NCBI GenBank assembly: GCA_029974275.1
Contig: JARKSN010000103.1
Span: 1 to 45,312, forward strand
Length of the DNA: 45,312 nt
Direction: 5' to 3'
Source: Candidatus Hydrogenedentota bacterium
GTDB lineage: Bacteria; Hydrogenedentota; Hydrogenedentia; Hydrogenedentales; SLHB01
Below the pieces are notes generated by a model. The model saw only the letters and a list, made by a program, of their open reading frames with translations. It was not told the origin of the DNA and ran no database searches. The position numbers and the translations under genes were made by a program. This document shows positions 37,976-45,312 of this stretch, piece by piece. Positions within the stretch are counted from its first letter, which is position 1. Each line of letters begins with the position of its first letter.

Positions 37976-40006
37976 CTAACGGTTCAACAGGGCATCCACC
38001 GACGCGAGATCGCTCGGGAGATCGAACACGCAACGAAAGCCGAGGTCGGGTCTGCGCTGTTCAAAGCGTTCGTACGAACGAGCGGCGAGAGGGTAGGAAG
38101 GCATATTGACGGCGCTTCCGCCGCGAACCACGAGCAAAGAGCCAAAATCCGGGCGGGCGCCCACGGTCGGCGATCCAGGCTGGGCATAAAGGGTTCGAGT
38201 CCACTCAGCGGCATTTCCATTCATGTCGCAAATGCCAAGAGGCGTCAGATCGCTCTTGCGCTCTCCCCCAGGCAAAATTGCCCGATAATCCGTCGAGGCG
38301 GCATCCTGCGCCGGTACGGCGGAAGCTGTACGTCCGGCCTTCGCCTCGTCTTCCGCCGCATCCTCCGAAGCCAACGGCGTAGCGGCGGCCGCGCGCGCCC
38401 ATTGCGCCTCGGTGGGCAATCGGCGGCCTCTCCAACCGGCATACGCCTGCGCATCGTAATACGTGACATTCGTCATGGGAAGCCTCAGGTCCGCGGAAAG
38501 AGATGCCGGCAAAGGCCATCCCCCCGCGACGCCTTGCGCGAACCGCTCAAACTCCCCGCGGGAAACCTCAGTCCGCTCGATGAAGAACCCCTCCGTCACG
38601 ACGGTGGATCGTCCGGTTGCATCGACAATTTCCGCTTTATCCGGAGGAACAAAGATCATGCCCTCCGGCTGGATGAGGATGGCCAGATAATGCTGCAGCG
38701 CACGCCACGCCTGATGCAACGCGTCGGCGGTTCCTGCCTCGTGTTGCTGTTGCGCGAATTTCCATAGGGCATCGCCCTGGGCAAGGACAGGCCTCCACGC
38801 AGGATCGTTGCCCATCCGCACAAGCGCCCGATTTCGCGCAGAGACGATACGGGTTCCCAGCGCGTCGAATTCAGTTTCTTCGACGCTTGGCGCCGCTTCG
38901 GTCGCGTCTCTTTCCATAACAGCGGCGCGCTCAATGGCATTCCTGCGATCTCGATCCAAAACATAGACGCCGAAACCGCCTGCAATCAGAATGACCAGCG
39001 CCAGACCGACGCCGGCGGCTTTCCTGCCCCAGGGGGATCGGGCACGCGTCGTGAGAGGATGGGGAGCGGCGATGTCCGTTCCCGACTCGATCGCTGCACG
39101 AATAGGGCGTAGCGCGGTCTGCAAATCTTCCGCGCACTGGAACCGATCGTCGGGATTGGGTTCCAGGCATTTCGCGAGAATCGGGTCGATGACCGGCGGC
39201 ATGTCGCGCGTCTGCTGCGATGCCGGCCTCGGCACGCCCGTCGGCAAATTGTTCGTAAGAATCTCGTATAGAACGACGCCAACGCTAAAAATGTCGGCGC
39301 GCGCATCGACGCGGCTGCTGTCCCGAAGCTGCTCGGGCGACATGTAAAGCGGCGTGCCCATCACCACCGATGCCGCCGTAAGGCGCGGATTCGCCACCAG
39401 CTTGGATATCCCGAAATCCATCAGCTTCACCTTGCCCTCCGTGGTGAGCATGATGTTTTCCGGCTTGATATCGCGGTGAATGGTGTACTGGTGCGCGTAT
39501 TTCAACGCCTCGCAAACCTCGTCCATGATGCGCAGCGTCGTCTTGATAGGCAGGCGCGACCCCGCAGGCAGCTCATCGAGAATCGTGCGCAGCGACTTGC
39601 CCCGCACGATCTCCATCGAGATGTACAACAGATTCTCCGCCACGCCGATATCGTGCACGCGCACAATGTTCGGATGCGAAAGCTGCCGGGCGATCCGCGC
39701 TTCGTTGTAGAACCGCTCGACGACGAGCTTGTCGCGGGCAAACTGCGGCAACAACGTCTTGAGCGCGACTTCCTCGTTCAAGGTGTTGTCGTGCACGCGG
39801 TAGATGCATCCCATCCCGCCCCGGCCCAGCATGTCCAGGACCGTGTAACGACCCGCGACGACTTGCCCCTTGCGGAACAACACCGCCTGCCCCTGTTGCG
39901 GCGCGCTCCGCCGCGATGCTTGCGGCAAGGAAGAGCCGCACCGGCTGCAAAGCAGCGTGCCTTCTGGGTGGACCGAGTTGCATTTGGAACACGTCACGTT
40001 CGTCAT
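37976..40006 (-). CDS. Hanks-type Ser/Thr protein kinase with N-terminal zinc ribbon, TM helix and C-terminal FGE-sulfatase (SUMF1-like) domain
   Basis: CSKC..CSRC; LGRGGMG, VALK, HRDIKPEN, DFG, GTPLYMSPE; TM helix; RLPTEAQW, DMNGNAAEW, RGGS, GFRC. Confidence 0.93.
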   Translation of the reverse strand: MTNVTCSKCNSVHPEGTLLCSRCGSSLPQASRRSAPQQGQAVLFRKGQVVAGRYTVLDMLGRGGMGCIYRVHDNTLNEEVALKTLLPQFARDKLVVERFYNEARIARQLSHPNIVRVHDIGVAENLLYISMEIVRGKSLRTILDELPAGSRLPIKTTLRIMDEVCEALKYAHQYTIHRDIKPENIMLTTEGKVKLMDFGISKLVANPRLTAASVVMGTPLYMSPEQLRDSSRVDARADIFSVGVVLYEILTNNLPTGVPRPASQQTRDMPPVIDPILAKCLEPNPDDRFQCAEDLQTALRPIRAAIESGTDIAAPHPLTTRARSPWGRKAAGVGLALVILIAGGFGVYVLDRDRRNAIERAAVMERDATEAAPSVEETEFDALGTRIVSARNRALVRMGNDPAWRPVLAQGDALWKFAQQQHEAGTADALHQAWRALQHYLAILIQPEGMIFVPPDKAEIVDATGRSTVVTEGFFIERTEVSRGEFERFAQGVAGGWPLPASLSADLRLPMTNVTYYDAQAYAGWRGRRLPTEAQWARAAAATPLASEDAAEDEAKAGRTASAVPAQDAASTDYRAILPGGERKSDLTPLGICDMNGNAAEWTRTLYAQPGSPTVGARPDFGSLLVVRGGSAVNMPSYPLAARSYERFEQRRPDLGFRCVFDLPSDLASVDALLNR

Positions 40007-40107
40007 CGCGGCTTGTCCTGCGCCCTTTCCGCCCTCTCCCAAACCCATTCCGCCCGCAAAGCGTTCACCTTGCCCAGTCGCCCCGGGCGATCAACCTAAA
40101 CCGATCC

Positions 40108-43047
40108 TCATGGTCGCTTCCCGTCGGCCAAGGCTTCCGCCTCGGCGCGCCGATCAAACTTGAGCCCAAGCTGGCTCGCATATTGCAGCGACGAGCGAAT
40201 GAACTGTTTCCCCTCATCCGCCTTGCCCTCTGCAATCAACAACTGGCCGACATCGAGCAAAATGGTGGGATCGGCAGGTTGCTGTTCGAGGGCAATCGTA
40301 AGGTTTTTGCGCCCCTCCTCTAAATTTCCCGTCCGGAGCTGCGCCAAGCCCAGCGTATGCAGCACGCGCGGATTGGAGGGAAGCTTGCTCTGGGCGGCTT
40401 GGGCCAACCCCAGCGCTTTCTTCGCGTCCTCCCCCGACTGCAGCATGTTGTACGCAAGATTGTTGGCCACGGCCGGGTCCTCGGGCAAAAGCTCGGACAA
40501 GCGTCGATAGATACGGCCCGCCTCGTGGATATCTCCGCGCCGCTCCCAATACGCCGAAAGCTGGATCAACGCCGCAGCATGGTCCGGAGCAAGTTGCATG
40601 GCGCGATCAAGAGCTTTCTTTTCCTCCTCGGCATTTCCAAGCCGCGCACAGATTCGGGCAAGACCCAACCAAGCATGCACAGCGTCGGCATGCCGATCGG
40701 CCAATGCCAACGCCTGCGGCAAAATATCGCTCCCCGCGCCGCCGCGCGCAACGAGATCGAACAGCATCCCCATCAAGGCTGGCGTGGGATCGATCTCCCG
40801 GGCAACGGCATCTAAGGACGCATAAGCGGGGCCGTACAAACCAAGCATCGTATAGGCCATCGCCGCCGCGCACTGCGCCCGCACCGCCGGCGCGCTGGAA
40901 AGACTCCGCGCCAACACATCCGCCTCGTCGCTTCCTGCCGCCGCGTCTCCGCGCAACGAGCGGACAAGCGCTGCGTACAACGCCGACCGCGCAAGCGGCG
41001 CTTCCTCTGGAATGGCCGTCAACTCGATCCGGGCTTCCTCGGCCCGGTCCGTGCTCAACAAGGCGGCCGCGTACAACATCCGAGCGGACATATCCCGCTC
41101 CTCGGACGTTAAAACGCCCAAGGCCTTCGCCGATTCCTGCCACTCCCCGCGCAAGGCGCGCAAGGCGCCAGCCATGACGGCGATCGAAACCTTGTTCTCC
41201 GGAAGCATGCGGATATGGTCGAGCAATTCCTGAGCAGCGTTAAGGTTGCCAACCTGCGCAAGCGCCATGACAAGACGCAACTGGAACGCAGAATCCCCCG
41301 GATACGCCTGAATGCCGCGCGAGAGCGCCTCGACCGCCAGCTCCGGTTGCAAGGTCTTTTGATACGCCGAAGCGAGATCGATCAACGCCTCCTTGTCGTT
41401 TGGAAACGACGTATACGTAGATTCCGCAAATACGCGCGCCTCCTGAAATCTGCCCGACTCGATCATCAACTCAAACAATTTCCTTCGGGCTTCCATCCCA
41501 TCCGGATGAAGGGCGATCAGCTTTTCGAGACAGCGCATGGCGTACTCCGGCATGCCGGCGGCCTCGTATATATACGCAAGATTGCGAAACGGAACGCTGT
41601 TGTTCGGAAAATTAGCGAGACATTGCGAATAAACGGCAAAAGCCTGCATGCGCGCGCCGCACATGGCCAAAGCCCATCCCTTGGCATTCTCGCGCAACAC
41701 CTTGCGCTCCAAATCGCTCTCTTTCCATTGATCGAACACGCCAATCAACGCCTTGAAATCCCTGCTCTCCAGCGCGTCGTAAAAGGCATGAAACGGCGAA
41801 TCGGCCGGCAGTCTTCCCGCCAGCTCCAACGCCAACGCCTTGTTGCCCGTAAACAACGCCGCCAACGAGATCGTCTCCAGAAGATTGGGCTCCGGCTTGG
41901 CCAAAAAACGATCGCGTTCGATCGCCAAACGCTCCAGATTCGCCATGCTCCACAGTTCCCGCCACGACCGTTGAAGGGCAAGGGCGGTGTTCGGAGGCAG
42001 AATCTCGGGCCGCGACGTCGTCGGCTCGGAGCCGGCCGGAACATTCGCCGAAGCTTTGTCGTGCGCGCGAAGCTGAGCGATTTTCTGCGCGACCGACGCC
42101 TGCTGGGGCAAAGCGTGCTCGGCCGTCTGCAAATACGGAAGCGCGTCGCCATACGAACCCGCCGCCAGCAAGCACGAACCCACAATGAAATTCGCCCACC
42201 CCGAATCGGGATGCGCCGCGAGAACAACCCGCGCCAAGGTCTCGCTCTCCGCAAACCGCCCGCTGTCCAGCAGACTGCGCGCAAGAGTCAATTGCGTGTC
42301 GGAAAGAACCCTTTCAGCGGCTTCATCGCTGGGATTGGCCGCGACAGCCGCTTTCTGCTTCTCCACGACGGGTTCCAACTCTGCAATGATTTCCGGAAGC
42401 TTCCCCTGCGCCTGGTACGCGTCAACCAGCGTCATGCGCGCCGCCAAGGAATTCGCGTCAATTTTTTGAAGGGCCTCTTTGATTACCTCCTCGGTCCTGG
42501 CGGGCTGCCCGGCGGCCAAATAGGCCGCCCCAAGATTTACGGCCACCGACATGCTCTTCGGAAATTGCTCCTTCAGACGCTCCAACGTCTCGACTGCCTT
42601 CTCGGCATGCCCCGATTCCCGCTGAATATACGCCAACAAGACGCCGCCCTCTTCGAGACTGGCCGCGGAAAGCCGCTGCGCGAGCGCCTCGGCCTCCGGA
42701 ACATTTCCGGCGCGCAAAAGAAAATAGGCCGGTTCCACATACGCCTGCGCCAAAACAGGCGAAATATCCGCCGCTTCCGCATACGCCTGCATGGCCTCTT
42801 CCACGCGTTTCGCGCGCAGCAATGTCCGGGCAAGCCCCAACCGCGCCATCGCATTCTTGGAGTCCGCCTCCAACGCGCGCCGATACTGACTTTCGGCCTC
42901 GGCCAGACGCTCAATCCGCAAATACGTGTCGCCCTGCTGCCGGTATTGCTCGCTGCGTCTTTCCGTGCACCCCCCCAGGCACGCTAGAAAAAACAGCGCA
43001 AAAAGAGCGCCTGACCCGGCAAAAAACAAATGACGGCCTGCTTTCAT
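40108..43047 (-). CDS. large TPR-repeat lipoprotein, PrsT-like
   Basis: Lipobox CLGG-C after a hydrophobic stretch; TPRs throughout; PrsT-type C-terminus (VANNLAY..ALGLAQAA..P..LHTLG); directly downstream of the exosortase. Confidence 0.82.
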   Translation of the reverse strand: MKAGRHLFFAGSGALFALFFLACLGGCTERRSEQYRQQGDTYLRIERLAEAESQYRRALEADSKNAMARLGLARTLLRAKRVEEAMQAYAEAADISPVLAQAYVEPAYFLLRAGNVPEAEALAQRLSAASLEEGGVLLAYIQRESGHAEKAVETLERLKEQFPKSMSVAVNLGAAYLAAGQPARTEEVIKEALQKIDANSLAARMTLVDAYQAQGKLPEIIAELEPVVEKQKAAVAANPSDEAAERVLSDTQLTLARSLLDSGRFAESETLARVVLAAHPDSGWANFIVGSCLLAAGSYGDALPYLQTAEHALPQQASVAQKIAQLRAHDKASANVPAGSEPTTSRPEILPPNTALALQRSWRELWSMANLERLAIERDRFLAKPEPNLLETISLAALFTGNKALALELAGRLPADSPFHAFYDALESRDFKALIGVFDQWKESDLERKVLRENAKGWALAMCGARMQAFAVYSQCLANFPNNSVPFRNLAYIYEAAGMPEYAMRCLEKLIALHPDGMEARRKLFELMIESGRFQEARVFAESTYTSFPNDKEALIDLASAYQKTLQPELAVEALSRGIQAYPGDSAFQLRLVMALAQVGNLNAAQELLDHIRMLPENKVSIAVMAGALRALRGEWQESAKALGVLTSEERDMSARMLYAAALLSTDRAEEARIELTAIPEEAPLARSALYAALVRSLRGDAAAGSDEADVLARSLSSAPAVRAQCAAAMAYTMLGLYGPAYASLDAVAREIDPTPALMGMLFDLVARGGAGSDILPQALALADRHADAVHAWLGLARICARLGNAEEEKKALDRAMQLAPDHAAALIQLSAYWERRGDIHEAGRIYRRLSELLPEDPAVANNLAYNMLQSGEDAKKALGLAQAAQSKLPSNPRVLHTLGLAQLRTGNLEEGRKNLTIALEQQPADPTILLDVGQLLIAEGKADEGKQFIRSSLQYASQLGLKFDRRAEAEALADGKRP

Positions 43048-43068
43048 GGACAAGTCTCCAGATAGAAA

Positions 43069-44655
43069 TTACGGAACGCGCTCCAACAAAATGGGAGCGA
43101 ATTTCATCGAAAAGTCCTCCAACAGCTCGAAGGCCGCCTCTTCGCCGGCCGGACCAACCGGCGTCGCGACCTTGATCATCGCGGAGGTGGAGGAACCAAA
43201 GCTGGCTTGGTCTTTTACCCAATACCACGCGTTCAGAAAATAATTCCCCGTGAGCGTATCGCCCGTCTTGAACCAGTAAAGCACGGCCTCGCGGTGGTTG
43301 CCCTTGACGAGCACCAACCGACGCGCCGTGAACATGAGGCCGACATCCGTGCTGGTCTGCTCGCGTATTTCCCAACCGGCGCCCACGAGACAAACCTCGG
43401 GGAAATGCAGACTGCGGCGCGTGGTGCCGGCGTACACAATGGTCAACTGGACCATTCCCATGCGGGAACCGTAGTTGCGAATGAGAATGTCGCTGGTTTC
43501 GAGCAGATCGCGCACATGCTTCTCAATGGCCGCATCGGTTCCAAACTGTTCGTATCCCGCGATGCGACTGGGAATATCCAGCGCCTTCCGCGTCTTCATA
43601 TCACGCACGGACTTCGCCTGCGCGTGGGCGATCGATTCGTTCGCGGCCGTCGTCGCAAGCAAAAGACCCAGAGCGACCGCGAAATGCCGCGCAACCGTCC
43701 CGGGGCGAGGCGGAGGAGACGCGGAGGCCGCATCCTCCGAAACAGAAGGGCGAACTGCGAAAAAACGACGGAATTGTGCGTCTATCGCAAAAAACATCAG
43801 AAAAGCGACCACGTAAATGAGCACGCCGGAAATGTCATGGAACCTTCCTCCCGCAACGGAACTCCCCCATACATACCCGACCAGACAAAGCAGAAAAATA
43901 CGAAAAACGTTGGACAGAATGGCCACGGGAATGGAAAGCAACAGAAGCAGGACACGAGACCACGTTCGCGTCTGGCTAATGTAGGCCATGATCGCGCCAA
44001 GCGCGAGCAGGGCAATCATGGATCGCAATCCGCCGCACACCTCCCCCACCAACAACTTGTCCTGACCAAAGTGAATGTACGACCCCTCGCGCACCATCGG
44101 CAAAAACATCAAATTGGCCAACCAGACCGCGCACTGCGTCGCGATGATCTTGGTGTGCAACGAGATGCTTTGGGTGAGCGACGGCGGTATGGGAACCATG
44201 AACAACAAAAAAGCCAACGGAAACCAAATGGCCCGCGTGCGTTTCACGCCAAACAACGCGAGGGACACGCCCGTCAGCGTAACGGCGATTGAGAATTGAC
44301 CCAACACCCGAAATCCCAAAAAAGAACCCACCAGCAACAACAAGGAAGCGGCGACGATCCAAACAAACCCCCATGCCGAAGGCGCCTGCGGGGCCTCGAA
44401 AAACGCCTTGCGATTGCGCCAAACAAAGTAAAGACTGACAAAAGGAACCAGAAAACCGTGGGTGTAGTACGAATCCACCAACGTCCAGACGTCTTCCAGT
44501 TGCTTGCCGGTCCTCCAGTACATGACGACCAGCACGGCCGTCAAGACCGCCAGCGCGCCCCACATCGCGGGAGACAAGCCGTGCCGTTCTTCGACCGCTG
44601 ATCCAGGAGGCGTCTCCCCGGAAGTCTTGCCGGCATGAGGGAAGTCATCGCTCAT
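43069..44655 (-). CDS. exosortase (EpsH family) fused to an EpsI-like domain
   Basis: YYTHGFLVP, LLFMVPIP, catalytic C (VGEVCGGLR), R (NVFRI), H (RFHD); EpsI region with ILIRNY, LHFPEVCLVGAGW, VLYWF; ATG 44655 after GAGG. Confidence 0.93.
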   Translation of the reverse strand: MSDDFPHAGKTSGETPPGSAVEERHGLSPAMWGALAVLTAVLVVMYWRTGKQLEDVWTLVDSYYTHGFLVPFVSLYFVWRNRKAFFEAPQAPSAWGFVWIVAASLLLLVGSFLGFRVLGQFSIAVTLTGVSLALFGVKRTRAIWFPLAFLLFMVPIPPSLTQSISLHTKIIATQCAVWLANLMFLPMVREGSYIHFGQDKLLVGEVCGGLRSMIALLALGAIMAYISQTRTWSRVLLLLLSIPVAILSNVFRIFLLCLVGYVWGSSVAGGRFHDISGVLIYVVAFLMFFAIDAQFRRFFAVRPSVSEDAASASPPPRPGTVARHFAVALGLLLATTAANESIAHAQAKSVRDMKTRKALDIPSRIAGYEQFGTDAAIEKHVRDLLETSDILIRNYGSRMGMVQLTIVYAGTTRRSLHFPEVCLVGAGWEIREQTSTDVGLMFTARRLVLVKGNHREAVLYWFKTGDTLTGNYFLNAWYWVKDQASFGSSTSAMIKVATPVGPAGEEAAFELLEDFSMKFAPILLERVP

Positions 44656-44736
44656 TTCGCACCTCTTTTTCAAACGGTTTGCCCCATCCATCAAGAGATC
44701 GCGCACCGAGACGCGGGGGGCGGCGCAGCATTTCCG

Positions 44737-45093
44737 TCATTTCCCCAGCATGTTTCGGACGGCATTCAGCCGGGCGACGCTTACGCTGTCTCCATTCTGG
44801 GACTTTTCGGTCGCCGAATCCAACCACTTCCGGGCCGTCCGGGCATCCCCGGTCGCGGCATATGCCTCTGCAAGCGCCGCGTCCACCAAACCAGAAGCTT
44901 TACCGTCGCGCGCCGCCGGCTCCAGGTCTTGAATGCCCTGCGCATAATCACGCGACGCCACCCGCAGCAACCCACGCAACACCCCATATTCCGGCTTCGC
45001 GTCCAACTGAAGAGCGCGTTCTATCAACGACAGCGCCCTCGGCAATTCCTCGTTGCGCTGGCCCAAAAGCGAAGCTTTTCGAAACAACATCAC
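44737..45093 (-). CDS. 3' part of a TPR-repeat protein (5' part replaced by unrelated sequence)
   Basis: RALSLIERALQLD, LAEAYAATGDARTARKWL TPR-like helices; stops just upstream of the exosortase gene. Confidence 0.65.
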   Translation of the reverse strand: MMLFRKASLLGQRNEELPRALSLIERALQLDAKPEYGVLRGLLRVASRDYAQGIQDLEPAARDGKASGLVDAALAEAYAATGDARTARKWLDSATEKSQNGDSVSVARLNAVRNMLGK

Positions 45094-45312
45094 CGGATCG
45101 TCGGGATGCAGCGCAACGCGCACGCCACTGGCCTCGGCCACGGGCATGATGCGGTCGAGGCAGTATTTCAGCGCAGCCCGCACCTCGTCGGCCGACCAGC
45201 GGCGGTCGCCGGGCTTGGCGATCCTGGCGTATTCGGCGGTGTCAAAGATGCGCGTGCGGATGCCGCTGAGATCGGCGTAACTGGTGTCGAAAACCTGCGA
45301 GCCCGGCAGCAG
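45094..45312 (-). other. internal fragment of a mannonate dehydratase (UxuA-like) gene fused in frame to the TPR tail
   Basis: Reads ...RIFD...WSADEVRAALKYCLDRIMPVAEASGVRVALHPDDP, matching the UxuA YFLxxxxPVAExxGVxxAxHPDDP motif; the frame stays open to the window end. Confidence 0.75.

Noticed and set aside
1..45312. CRISPR arrays, tRNA/rRNA, IS elements, prophage, RiPP precursor
   Set aside because: No spaced repeats, cloverleafs, transposase, integrase or phage genes, and no plausible precursor peptide near the radical SAM genes, found by eye.

Overview
GC-rich bacterial chromosomal segment, densely coding, with no tRNA, rRNA, CRISPR array or mobile element detected. Gene content (PEP-CTERM/exosortase, Ser/Thr kinase-FGE fusion, SGNH-TPR proteins, DUF6067, B12 radical SAMs) suits a diderm environmental lineage such as Hydrogenedentota or PVC; this is inference only. 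Left to right: a PEP-CTERM protein running off the left edge (missed by the ORF track); nagB; a 69-aa orphan; GH2 glycosidase; DUF456; DUF89 phosphatase; heterodimeric ABC exporter; hybrid histidine kinase; HTH-REC regulator; a pgi/TPR membrane protein/ECF sigma/anti-sigma unit; two B12-type radical SAM genes plus an SGNH-TPR gene; recD2; a second SGNH-TPR paralog; dinB and nadA (divergent); DUF6067; uvrA; and an exosortase-EpsI/TPR lipoprotein/Ser-Thr kinase cluster. The right end is an in-frame UxuA-TPR chimera, probably a misassembly. Best leads: (1) a structured nadA 5' leader with a switchable anti-Shine-Dalgarno element (candidate NAD-pathway riboswitch); (2) an exosortase locus followed by a eukaryote-like kinase; (3) an ECF module with a tandem zinc-less anti-sigma domain; (4) the radical SAM/SGNH module; (5) a dyad over the dinB start site.
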